Shown: one piece after another, positions 44,508-53,494 of the stretch
Layout: every line of letters starts with the position of its first letter
How positions within the stretch are numbered: the first letter of the stretch is position 1
Source: a bacterium
GTDB taxonomy: Bacteria; Electryoneota; RPQS01
Assembly: GCA_036504735.1 (NCBI GenBank)
Contig: DASXUQ010000005.1
Location: 153,377-217,376 of the forward strand
Direction of reading: 5' to 3'
DNA length: 64,000 nt
Program-made: the position numbers and the translations under genes
Notes under the pieces: generated by a model
What the model was told of the DNA's origin: nothing
The model's input: only the letters and a program-made list of their open reading frames with translations
Databases searched by the model: none

Positions 44508-45650
44508 TGGTTTGGAAGTATCATCCTTCTAACTCTGGCTGTGGCTGTCTCGCTCTTTTGGGCGCTTGGCGTGCTTCGCTGGCTTGTCCAAAGTGTCAAA
44601 GCCGGTGCGAAAATGCCGCCTATATCCATCATTGTGGCTGGACGCAATGAGGAGCGATATGTGGGAGGCTGCCTCAGGTCCCTGCTACAGTTAGACTATG
44701 ATCCGCAGCTCACGGAACTGATTTTCGTGGATGACCATTCCACCGATGGGACACGAGCACTTGCGGAAGGTCTGGCGGTAGAAAGCGGTGGCCGTTTGCG
44801 GGTACTAAGTGCTCCCCCCTGCCCTGCCGGTATGGGTCCTAAGAAGAACGCCATTGCCTTTGGGGTTGCCCAGGCGAAGGGAGAGTTGCTGCTCTTTACC
44901 GATGCAGACTGTCTGGTCAAACCGGGCTGGGCAACGTGTGCTGTAAGCAGTTACAGGCAGAAGACGGGTGCGGCCACGGGGCCGGTGCTTCCCCCCGTGG
45001 AGGCAGGGTTTGTGAATCGGCTTTTGCGGCTCGAACGCATTTTGATCAGTTACACATCGGCCTCGGCTATTGGCTGGGGCTCTCCGGCCTCCGCCTCGGG
45101 AGGCAATTTCTCCTATCGCCGCGCCGCATTCGATTCGGTGGGCGGGATTGCCCATGCGCAGGTGGCTTCGGGGGATGACGATTTGATGGCTCAGGCCATT
45201 GCGCGACATGGCTGGCAGGTCGGGTATGCGCGGGGTGCAGAGTCGGTGGTGGAACATCTGCGGCGGCCCACGATGGGCCAGCAGGTGAACGCGACGATCC
45301 GCCATCAGAGCACAACGCGCTATTATCCGCTTCACTGGCGGCTGATTTACATTTTATCGATTTTGAGCACTCTGGGACTGCTCGCCGTATTGGCGGCAAC
45401 CGTATTCGTGCCCGAACTGCTGGGATTTCTGCTGGCGGCAATGACGGGGCGCTTGCTGATTGAAGGCATTGCGGTTCGCGCCTTCTGCCGCTGTTATGAG
45501 ATCCGGCTTTCTACATTGGAGTTTTTGACGGCTGAGATTTGCCTGCCCGTCTATCTTTTGATACGGGCGGTGCTGTCTTTGTTTCCATCTTTTTCATGGC
45601 AAGCCCGCACCCATCGCACCACGACGGCACCGACGACCGGCGCGGTATGA
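44508..45650 (+). CDS. Family-2 glycosyltransferase, membrane-anchored (paralog 1 of 3)
   Basis: N-terminal TM helix, GT-A motifs IFVDDHSTDGT and FTDADC, and C-terminal TM helices. The QxxRW motif is degenerate. Confidence 0.75.
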   Translation, partial: WFGSIILLTLAVAVSLFWALGVLRWLVQSVKAGAKMPPISIIVAGRNEERYVGGCLRSLLQLDYDPQLTELIFVDDHSTDGTRALAEGLAVESGGRLRVLSAPPCPAGMGPKKNAIAFGVAQAKGELLLFTDADCLVKPGWATCAVSSYRQKTGAATGPVLPPVEAGFVNRLLRLERILISYTSASAIGWGSPASASGGNFSYRRAAFDSVGGIAHAQVASGDDDLMAQAIARHGWQVGYARGAESVVEHLRRPTMGQQVNATIRHQSTTRYYPLHWRLIYILSILSTLGLLAVLAATVFVPELLGFLLAAMTGRLLIEGIAVRAFCRCYEIRLSTLEFLTAEICLPVYLLIRAVLSLFPSFSWQARTHRTTTAPTTGAV

Positions 45651-46696
45651 CCACCGAAATTTCGCACGGCGAAACTTCGGCCCGCACCTCCGAGGATCTC
45701 GGGGATCTTGCGCAAACGCCGACCTCCGGCCCGACGAATCCGTGGAAGATCGTGCTGCGGATCGGGCTGACCGCGGGGTTGTTCGTGCTTCTGTTCTGGC
45801 AGGTAAGTTGGCATCAGGTGTGGGATGCCGTTCAGACACTTGATCTGCATCTTCTGTTCTGGGTGTGCCTGCTGTGGATTCCGACGCAGTATTTGCAGTA
45901 CATCCGCTGGGCGATTCTTGCACGGGAAGCCGGCAAAGGGGTCAGCCGCGCGGATATTCACAAATCGTACTGGGTGGGATTCACGCTGGGGTTGGTCACT
46001 CCCGGACGCGTAGGGCAATTCGGGCGCGCGCTGGCGCTGCATAATTGTTCGCTTTCGCGGGCCATTGGAGTATCGGCGATTGAGCGGGGCTACAGCGCGA
46101 TCACGATTAACGGATTCGGATTGCTGGCGATTGTAATGCTGCCGTGGCTGGGCTGGGCGCCGCCGTATGTGATGCCGAATGCCTGGATGCGCGCCATCGT
46201 GGTTGTAGCGGGGCTGCTGCTGCTGGTGCTGGGAGTGTTTCCGCGGAGCATGTTCCGGCCATTGAACTGGCTGGCGTCCAAGCTGCCGTTCCGGGAGAAG
46301 ATGGAACGAGCGATTGACGTTCTGAAGCCCGCGGGACCGGCGCGCGGAATTCTCTATTTGGCCTTGGCGGCGGCAGCGCTGGCCTCCGCCCTGCTGCAGT
46401 TCGTGCTGCTGTTGCGCGCGATGGGAGCGCCTGTGCCGGTGTTTGCCGGAATGCTGGCGGCGCTGTTGACATTTTTCCTGAAAGGCGCGCTGCCGATTTC
46501 AGTGGGGAGCCTCGGCGTCGGCGAGTGGGTTGCCGTGTATTGTTTTCGCGGATTGGGTGTGGAGCCTTCGGTGTCCGTGGCCGCTTCGCTGGTGCTGTTT
46601 ACGATCAATGTGTTCGTGCCGAGTCTGATCGGTCTGCCGTTTATCAATACGCTCCGAGGATTGCCGCTGTCCAAGCCAAAGGTTGATGCCGCATGA
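45647..46696 (+). CDS. UPF0104 / lysylphosphatidylglycerol-synthase-TM-like (flippase-like) membrane protein
   Basis: About 8 predicted TM helices in a polytopic membrane architecture. Start ATG overlaps the upstream stop (ATGA). Family assignment from memory of the UPF0104/MprF flippase-like domain. Confidence 0.6.
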   Translation: MTTEISHGETSARTSEDLGDLAQTPTSGPTNPWKIVLRIGLTAGLFVLLFWQVSWHQVWDAVQTLDLHLLFWVCLLWIPTQYLQYIRWAILAREAGKGVSRADIHKSYWVGFTLGLVTPGRVGQFGRALALHNCSLSRAIGVSAIERGYSAITINGFGLLAIVMLPWLGWAPPYVMPNAWMRAIVVVAGLLLLVLGVFPRSMFRPLNWLASKLPFREKMERAIDVLKPAGPARGILYLALAAAALASALLQFVLLLRAMGAPVPVFAGMLAALLTFFLKGALPISVGSLGVGEWVAVYCFRGLGVEPSVSVAASLVLFTINVFVPSLIGLPFINTLRGLPLSKPKVDAA

Positions 46697-47919
46697 GCCT
46701 GTCGGTACTTTTTGTTTCCGTGCTTGCGCTGCTCAGTCTGATCTACGGATTGGTGCTGTCCGGTTTTTTGCGGGGTCTGGTGAAACTGCGCCGAATCGCG
46801 TCGCAGACTACCGGGTATCTGCCTTCAGTCAGCATTATCATTCCGGCGCGAAATGAAGCGCGAGTGCTGGAGCGCACGCTGAAGTCGCTGCTCCATCAGA
46901 ACTATAAGGGCTGGTGGGAAGTGGTTGTGGTGGACGACCGCAGCACGGACGGAACGGCGGCGATTCTACAGGACTTTGTGCAGTCATCCGACCGCGTGCG
47001 CGTGTTGACGGTAACGGTACCGTATCCGGTTTCGCCGAAGAAGAACGCGCTGGCGCTGGGAATTCGCGAATCGCGCGGGGAGATTATCGTGACCACCGAT
47101 GCCGATTGTACCTATGATCGCTCGTGGCTGAGCACGATGGTCTCGCATATGACGGAAGATACCGGCGTGGTGGCGGGGCTCACGGTGTTCGATCTTCCGG
47201 AAGCGGCGGTTCCGGCCTGGCAGAAGATTCAATGGCTGGACTTCTTCGCACAGCAGCTTCTGGCGGCAGGCGCCGCAGGCGCGGGTGTGCCGTCGAGCTG
47301 CAACGGGTCCAATCTTGCGTACCGGCGAAGCGTCTATGAACAGATTGCCGGATTCGGAAGCATTGCGACGCTGGTATCGGGTGACGACGTGCTGTTTGCG
47401 CAGCGGGTTTCCAAGTTAACGTCGTGGAAAGTGGTGTTTGCCACGGAACCGGAGAGCATTGTGCGGTCGCTGCCGGTGCGAACGGTTCGCGACGTGTTTT
47501 CGCAGCGCATCCGCTGGGCCTCCAAAGGGTTGGCGTACCGCAAAAGCATGTCAGTCTTTCTCTTCGGCATGTATGCTTATTACCTGCTTTGGGTCGCCGC
47601 GCCATTGATAATGCTTGCCGCGCCATGGTGCGCGCTGCCCATCTTGGGGATTGCGGCATGGAAAGCAGCATGGGACTATTTTACGATTCGTGCGGGCTGC
47701 CGGATCTTTGGCGAGCGGGAGTTGCTACGCTATTTTCTGCCGTTTGTCGCCTTGCACACGGTATTGACTCCGGTGTTCGGCGTCGGAGGTTTGCTGGTGC
47801 CTTACCGCTGGAAAGGCAATTCCTATCATACGACGACGCTGCCGTTCGGGGTCAAGCGCGGGATTGTCCGCATGCGCCGAATGGTTCGTTCGCGCAACGA
47901 GGCCGAAACGGTCAGTTGA
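46693..47919 (+). CDS. Family-2 glycosyltransferase, NodC/PgaC/IcaA-like processive-type (paralog 2)
   Basis: N-terminal TM helix, motifs VVVVDDRSTDGT, TTDADC, GDDV and QRIRW, and C-terminal TM helices. ATGA overlap with the upstream gene. Confidence 0.8.
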   Translation: MSLSVLFVSVLALLSLIYGLVLSGFLRGLVKLRRIASQTTGYLPSVSIIIPARNEARVLERTLKSLLHQNYKGWWEVVVVDDRSTDGTAAILQDFVQSSDRVRVLTVTVPYPVSPKKNALALGIRESRGEIIVTTDADCTYDRSWLSTMVSHMTEDTGVVAGLTVFDLPEAAVPAWQKIQWLDFFAQQLLAAGAAGAGVPSSCNGSNLAYRRSVYEQIAGFGSIATLVSGDDVLFAQRVSKLTSWKVVFATEPESIVRSLPVRTVRDVFSQRIRWASKGLAYRKSMSVFLFGMYAYYLLWVAAPLIMLAAPWCALPILGIAAWKAAWDYFTIRAGCRIFGERELLRYFLPFVALHTVLTPVFGVGGLLVPYRWKGNSYHTTTLPFGVKRGIVRMRRMVRSRNEAETVS

Positions 47920-47928
47920 CATACTTTC

Positions 47929-48576
47929 ATGGCTGTCAGATTACGTGAGAAGATCTTCCGCCGCTGGCTGTGGCGACTGCCGCCACACAGCGGCGCTGTC
48001 GCTCTGACCTTTGACGATGGGCCGGATGCGCAGACCACTCCGTCTCTCCTTGCCGAGCTGGCGCGACTCGGCATTGTCAGCACGCATTTTCTGGTGGGAG
48101 AACGCGCCGCCGCCGCGCCATCACTGGTGGAGGAAACCCGCGCGGCGGGGCATGCGGTGGCGAATCACTCCTTCCAGCACAAGAGTTTTCTCTGGCGGCC
48201 GGGGACCTATCAGGAAGAGAGTCTGAGGGCCGCCGACGCGATCCTGACCGCCGGCACCGGCGAGCGGTGTTCCTTTTTCCGGCCCTGTTTCGGGCAATAC
48301 AATAACTGGACGCAAGGTGTCCTTGAACGCCTCGGCTATGCCGGCGTGCTGTGGTCCGTCATTGCTTCGGATTGGACGGAGCAGACGGACGAGCAACTCT
48401 GGCAGCGGTTACAACCGCAGTTGCACGAGGGCGCGATCATCGTGCTGCATGACGGGCATCCGACGACCGCGCGCGTCGTGCGCCTCCTTCCCCGCCTCGC
48501 CGATGAAGTGGGAAAACGTGGCTGGACTTTCGTTCCGTTATTACCATCTACTTTCATCTCTGGTAACAACACGTGA
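47929..48576 (+). CDS. NodB-homology polysaccharide (chito-oligosaccharide) deacetylase
   Basis: TFDDGP plus the His motifs HSFQH ... LHDGH; about 215 aa, similar in size to NodB. Confidence 0.8.
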   Translation: MAVRLREKIFRRWLWRLPPHSGAVALTFDDGPDAQTTPSLLAELARLGIVSTHFLVGERAAAAPSLVEETRAAGHAVANHSFQHKSFLWRPGTYQEESLRAADAILTAGTGERCSFFRPCFGQYNNWTQGVLERLGYAGVLWSVIASDWTEQTDEQLWQRLQPQLHEGAIIVLHDGHPTTARVVRLLPRLADEVGKRGWTFVPLLPSTFISGNNT

Positions 48577-49679
48577 CGCTACTGCTCATTCTTCTTGGCA
48601 CCTGCTTCGTATATCTTCTGATCGCCGCCTATCTGTCGCGCGGAATACATGGTCACTATCAGACCCGGAATGATTTCCCGATGGTCAGTGTTGTGGTGCC
48701 GGTGCGCAACGAAGAAGCACAACTGCATTGCCTGCTGGATTCGCTGCTGACCGCCGACTACCCCGCGGAGAAGATGGAAGTGATCGTGGTCAACGATGAC
48801 TCCGAGGACCGGACGCGGGAGATCGCGCTGTCCTATAAGAATCGTTTTGCCTGCCGCTATGAAGTTATCGACGTAGTGACGGTGCCCGGCGACAAACTGA
48901 TTCTGAAGACCCGGCCACTGGCGCAAGGGCTTGACCGTGCCACGGGCGAGATCGTGCTGATGACGGACGCAGATTGCATCGTGCCTTCAGGTTGGGTGAA
49001 GGCGATGGTGTCTTTCTTTGCGCCGAATGTCGGTATGGTGTGCGGAACAACGCTGCCGCACCCGGAGATGCAGGCCAAGTATCCCCTCACGTGGTTTGAG
49101 ACGCTGGATTGGATGTTCCTGCTGGGTGCGAGCGCGGGTCTGTCGGGAAAGGGCCATCCGCAGGCGCTGATCGGCAACAACTATACGGTGCGGCGCGAAG
49201 CGTATCACGGCATCGGGACTTTTCGCGGTCTGGAATACACGGACATCGACGACATTGCGCTGCTGATGGCCATTAAGCAGTCCGGCAAGTGGCAGGTGGT
49301 TTTTCCGGCGAATCCTGAGGTCAGGATTTTCACGCGTCCTTTGCAGTCCATTGCCGAACTGGCACGGCAGCGCCGGCGCTGGATGAAGGGGTTCCGCTAT
49401 ACGAACTGGCAGGGGAAAGCGGTGATTATCTTCGGAACCATTACGCATGTCACGATGCCGCTGTGGCCGTTCTATCTGGGATGGGAATTCCTGCTGCCAT
49501 TCACCTTTCTCATGCTGGGAGACGGCATGGTGCTTGGCAAAATGCTGCGGCAGTATCGTCTGAAGCGGCTGATGATTCTGGTACCGATGTATCCGATCTT
49601 CGCCTGCATGTACGGCCTGGGAATTATGTACTTTCTGGCGGCATCGCGCCGGGTGCCATGGAAGGGCCGGACATTCTAA
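48573..49679 (+). CDS. Family-2 glycosyltransferase (paralog 3)
   Basis: Motifs VIVVNDDSEDRT, MTDADC and QRRRW with N- and C-terminal TM helices. GTG start overlapping the upstream stop (GTGA). Confidence 0.8.
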   Translation: MTLLLILLGTCFVYLLIAAYLSRGIHGHYQTRNDFPMVSVVVPVRNEEAQLHCLLDSLLTADYPAEKMEVIVVNDDSEDRTREIALSYKNRFACRYEVIDVVTVPGDKLILKTRPLAQGLDRATGEIVLMTDADCIVPSGWVKAMVSFFAPNVGMVCGTTLPHPEMQAKYPLTWFETLDWMFLLGASAGLSGKGHPQALIGNNYTVRREAYHGIGTFRGLEYTDIDDIALLMAIKQSGKWQVVFPANPEVRIFTRPLQSIAELARQRRRWMKGFRYTNWQGKAVIIFGTITHVTMPLWPFYLGWEFLLPFTFLMLGDGMVLGKMLRQYRLKRLMILVPMYPIFACMYGLGIMYFLAASRRVPWKGRTF

Positions 49680-49690
49680 TTTGATGATAC

Positions 49691-49711
49691 GGGCGGATCT
49701 AAGATCCGCCC
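49691..49711. terminator. Perfect 9-bp hairpin between convergent GT2 operon and OMP gene
   Basis: GGGCGGATC-taa-GATCCGCCC. Flanking U-tracts are weak. Confidence 0.45.
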
Positions 49712-49791
49712 CTCCTCGATCATGTTGGACAATAAGAAAGCGGCGAACCGTGAGGCTCGCCGCTTTTGCATTCTTTAGGATCGGGTTCGGG

Positions 49792-50910
49792 TCACTTGAG
49801 CATGTAGGTCAATGCCAAGCCATATTCGTGGCGAGTGAAGTCCTTGACCAAAGGCACCCGGGGATCGGGCGAATCCACACGGCGCTGTTCATAGGTGAAA
49901 TAGACGGCGGCGTCGAGGGACCGGATGATGTTCACGTTGAGCGTCGGGCTGATTTCCCAGCGCTTGTCGAGGCGGCCACGGTGGATGGGGTCGAGCAGCA
50001 ACGGCCGGCTGCTAATGTAGGCGCGGCGGCGGAACTTGTAGCTCAGCCCGGCTTCCACCCGGCGCAGCTTAATCCACGGCACGACGCTGGAGACGGACGC
50101 GTTAACCTCGTTCTCGCGAAAATCGGCATCGCCGTATTCGGAATCACCGATCAGGCTGGGATCTTCCGGCGCGTTGTACACGGGGCCGGCCTGGTCCTTG
50201 CCGACGTTGGTGGACAGGCGGCGCGTGAAGCCGGCATTGAGCGTTACGAACCACGGAGATTCGTAGGCGGCACCGAGGGAGAATTCGCGGTAGTCGCTAT
50301 CGTACTCCGTGAACTTGCGGCCATAATAATAGGTGCCGTATGCCGCTTTGGCTTCGAGCCACAGCGGCTGATAGAAGCGGTACCTGAAGGCACCCTCATA
50401 ATCCCAATTGCGGAAGCGCGCGGGCTCCCATGTGCCCCAATCGCGGTCTTTGTAGACACGGAGATAGTAGGACGGAATCACGAAGGTGCGGAAGGACGCC
50501 GACCACTTGTAGGCCGCAACGCGCGGGCGCACGGACAGACCGAGCCAGTGGGTCTGATAATCGGAGAAGGAGTTCTCAGCGCGATTGACCGTTTTGAAGC
50601 GGTACTCGCCGGAGACCATGAGTTTCAGAGGCGCGCGCCAGCGAATGCCGGGCCGGATCTGGAACTCGTTCTGCATATCGTCCACCGAATTGAGCGGCGT
50701 GGGAAACGTGGAGGGGCTCAGAGAGTAGGCATCACGGTCGCGTCCGGAGAATCCGAGCACGTTGTCGTTATAGACCGCCCCTTCGGAGAGGCTGAGGCTC
50801 CAGTCCCATGTGGGAAGCGATACGTGCTTCTTTTTGCGCGCATGCGCCGGGGCCGCGAGCAGCACCAGACCAAGAGCGAGCGTCAACCACCGGAGAGATG
50901 AACCGCGCAC
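49792..50910 (-). CDS. Outer-membrane beta-barrel protein, hypothetical
   Basis: Signal peptide, alternating aromatic/hydrophilic pattern and frequent Tyr/Arg. Last gene of the pgs-containing minus-strand run. Confidence 0.55.
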   Translation of the reverse strand: MRGSSLRWLTLALGLVLLAAPAHARKKKHVSLPTWDWSLSLSEGAVYNDNVLGFSGRDRDAYSLSPSTFPTPLNSVDDMQNEFQIRPGIRWRAPLKLMVSGEYRFKTVNRAENSFSDYQTHWLGLSVRPRVAAYKWSASFRTFVIPSYYLRVYKDRDWGTWEPARFRNWDYEGAFRYRFYQPLWLEAKAAYGTYYYGRKFTEYDSDYREFSLGAAYESPWFVTLNAGFTRRLSTNVGKDQAGPVYNAPEDPSLIGDSEYGDADFRENEVNASVSSVVPWIKLRRVEAGLSYKFRRRAYISSRPLLLDPIHRGRLDKRWEISPTLNVNIIRSLDAAVYFTYEQRRVDSPDPRVPLVKDFTRHEYGLALTYMLK

Positions 50911-50911
50911 G

Positions 50912-51841
50912 TTACTCCCTTACGAGCTGATTCTTGGGAAGCAGAAAGCGAAGCAGAGCGGTGCGATGATTGTCGGGCAGCGTGAACTCATAGCGATGTT
51001 CGCCCTGCGGGACTTCGATAAAGAACGTTTCCGCCCAACTGGCCACCAGCGAGGACGTTTCGTGGTAGGCAATGGTGTCGCTGCGTCCGGCACTGAGCGG
51101 ATAGACTGCTTTTACCTTGCCGTCCTCGGCGACCTGGACTTTCCACTTCTGCTTGCCGTTCATGCTCTGATCGAATTCGATGCGGGAGAGCACTTTGATG
51201 GTCGCGGGGCCGATAATCTTGAGTGCGACATTGAATCCCGTGCCGACCCGGTAGTAGGGCACCGTCTTCTCGCCGGACGTGAGGTCCACTTCCTTGGTGA
51301 AATCGGCAGGCGTCATGGCCACCACGGGCGCGCCCGCGGTAAACTCGTTGGTCTCGACGGCAAAGCGGAAGATTACCGACCGCTTCGTATTCTTGGGAAG
51401 AGTGAAGACAAAGGTCTGGTCGCCTTGCGGGACATCCATAACTTTCGAGCGGCTTTCGCCGACGACTTTCGCGCCTTCACCGGCCATGAGCGCCTTATCG
51501 GACAAGCCGGCGGTGTGAACGATCGTAAACGTTTTGCCGTTCTTTCTCTGGATGACGTAGCCGTAGTCGGCCGTGTCTTTCGGAGAATCGAGCAGGACGC
51601 GGGAGACGATGCGCAAACGCGAAGGACCCTGGACCGTAATCTGAAGCTGCTTGCCCTGCTCCAGCGCGTAATATTCGCGTCGTTTGCCGGAAATCAGCAG
51701 TTCCACTTTGCGGTCAAACGTGGTTGGGGCAACAAAGCGATACCCGGCGGAGACCCCCTGGGCCATGGCCGGGGATGCCGCTGTAATCAGCAGTGCGAAC
51801 AGCACAAAGAAAATTCGCTTGACCATTTTCGTACCTAACAA
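50912..51841 (-). CDS. Secreted protein with internal tandem duplication, hypothetical
   Basis: Signal peptide. Two homologous halves, each ending in a (F/Y)xFTLP(K/D)N...(F/L)RF motif. Confidence 0.55.
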   Translation of the reverse strand: MLGTKMVKRIFFVLFALLITAASPAMAQGVSAGYRFVAPTTFDRKVELLISGKRREYYALEQGKQLQITVQGPSRLRIVSRVLLDSPKDTADYGYVIQRKNGKTFTIVHTAGLSDKALMAGEGAKVVGESRSKVMDVPQGDQTFVFTLPKNTKRSVIFRFAVETNEFTAGAPVVAMTPADFTKEVDLTSGEKTVPYYRVGTGFNVALKIIGPATIKVLSRIEFDQSMNGKQKWKVQVAEDGKVKAVYPLSAGRSDTIAYHETSSLVASWAETFFIEVPQGEHRYEFTLPDNHRTALLRFLLPKNQLVRE

Positions 51842-51844
51842 CCC

Positions 51845-52984
51845 CTAGTGATGAATGACTTCTGTACTCAGCGTGTCAGGATCCACACCATTGTCCGCGA
51901 GTTTGAACAATCGTGAGTCGAGCTTAACCAGCACAACGATTACGAGGATCGCAAGAAAGGCGGAAATGCCCGCCACCCGCAGGTCATAGCGATCATCCAT
52001 GAACACCAGGCCGTTGCCGATCGCAGGCAGCGGCACATGAGCCCCGCCGAGACCGTAATCGCGGCTGAGAGCGAGAATGTCGGCAATGTTGATGACCGGC
52101 ACGCCATCAGCATTGAAGAGATGCACGACGCCGCGAGCGGGGTAGTTTTGAAGCGGCAGGCGGTGATTGAAGCCGTTACGAATCAGCTTGGCGTTTTCGT
52201 CGTGGCCGAGGCTGGCGATGCCGCTGCCCACGTCCACGTACGCTTTGAACTTGCGGCCCTTGGCAGCATCCGTATAACGCTGATAGCGCTTCTGTACGGA
52301 AGCAGACACGGACTCTTCGTGAATCAGGGCGAGGTTATTCCGTTGAATGGCTTCCTTCATGAGTTCCTGCCCCACTTGCGAGAGGCCGACGCCGATGTCA
52401 TTGATGCCACCGAACGATCCCGCAATCGGCAGGGAATGCACGATGCCTTCCCGGTTCAGCAGGGTCTCCATGTCGACCCACGTAAAGTCGGGATCGTTGG
52501 CACCCCACCAGGAGGAGCCTACGGCGGAAATGGTGACGGGCGTCGCACCGAGAGCCTCGCAGGCGCACAACACGGCGGTGTTGACGCCGGGATGGGATCC
52601 GGTAAAGCCGACGGCCACATAGTCCCCGCGTTCCACACCGGCCTTGCCCAGAAGATCTACGACTACTGCCGCAAAATTGGGATTGGCGCCGACGACTTCG
52701 GTCTCAAACGCACCAATATCGGTGGTGATCAGCGAGAACTGCTGGCCGATGACCGCATCGAGGCGCGGATCTTTGTAGTTCTCACCGAACACGCCCTTCT
52801 CGGAGGTGGCGCCTTGATAAGCACGCAGAGCGCGATCCATCAGATTGGCAGCGGCGATCTTCTCTTCGTAGAAAGGGGTCTTGCGCTTGACGTGGCTGTT
52901 CTCGCACCAGAGATAGAGGCCGTAGCAGACGACGGCGAGGGTGACGAGGGTCCAGACGGAGCGGAGAGAAGGCCTAAATTGCAT
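51845..52984 (-). CDS. Poly-gamma-glutamate system membrane protein (PgsA/CapA-position; 'PGA system protein'-like)
   Basis: N- and C-terminal TM helices; about 380 aa. Immediately downstream of pgsB-pgsC, overlapping pgsC by 11 nt. Assignment is context-based. Confidence 0.45.
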   Translation of the reverse strand: MQFRPSLRSVWTLVTLAVVCYGLYLWCENSHVKRKTPFYEEKIAAANLMDRALRAYQGATSEKGVFGENYKDPRLDAVIGQQFSLITTDIGAFETEVVGANPNFAAVVVDLLGKAGVERGDYVAVGFTGSHPGVNTAVLCACEALGATPVTISAVGSSWWGANDPDFTWVDMETLLNREGIVHSLPIAGSFGGINDIGVGLSQVGQELMKEAIQRNNLALIHEESVSASVQKRYQRYTDAAKGRKFKAYVDVGSGIASLGHDENAKLIRNGFNHRLPLQNYPARGVVHLFNADGVPVINIADILALSRDYGLGGAHVPLPAIGNGLVFMDDRYDLRVAGISAFLAILVIVVLVKLDSRLFKLADNGVDPDTLSTEVIHH

Positions 52985-53453
52985 GGAAGATCTCCCCGCC
53001 GGTGAACAAGATCACAAGAATGCGCACGAGAGAGGCGGCGATCATCATGGTGGCAATCGTTTTGATTACACCCTGACGCTCGAACCAGTTGGCAATAAGC
53101 CCGGGAATAATGAAACCGACCGCCTGAAGACGGATGTCCGCGGAGAGGATCTCGTACGAGATCATCTGCCGGCTGAGGTAGCCGAAGATGAAGCCGAACA
53201 GAATCGCCATCACGAGGCGGCGGCGTCCGTAGACAAACACGAACCGGGAAATGATGCGGATCGCCAGATAGGCGATGAAGGCAACGAGAATCGTGCCGAC
53301 CAGTCTCAGCGGTTGGTCCAGGTGCATGGCAATATAGCCGGGCACGACGATACCGCCCGCCGCGGCGCCAAACACCTCATGGAACACGAGACTGATCAGA
53401 ACACCCAGACCGACGGTCAGCTCGATCATACGGCGCTGCTCCCGCCGGCACAC
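52974..53453 (-). CDS. pgsC: Poly-gamma-glutamate biosynthesis protein PgsC/CapC
   Basis: About 150-aa polytopic membrane protein with a GGIVVPGYIA motif typical of CapC. Confidence 0.8.
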   Translation of the reverse strand: MCRREQRRMIELTVGLGVLISLVFHEVFGAAAGGIVVPGYIAMHLDQPLRLVGTILVAFIAYLAIRIISRFVFVYGRRRLVMAILFGFIFGYLSRQMISYEILSADIRLQAVGFIIPGLIANWFERQGVIKTIATMMIAASLVRILVILFTGGEIFHAI

Positions 53454-53494
53454 GAATTACGGTCAACGTGCATGGACTTCGATTATCTCCTGAT

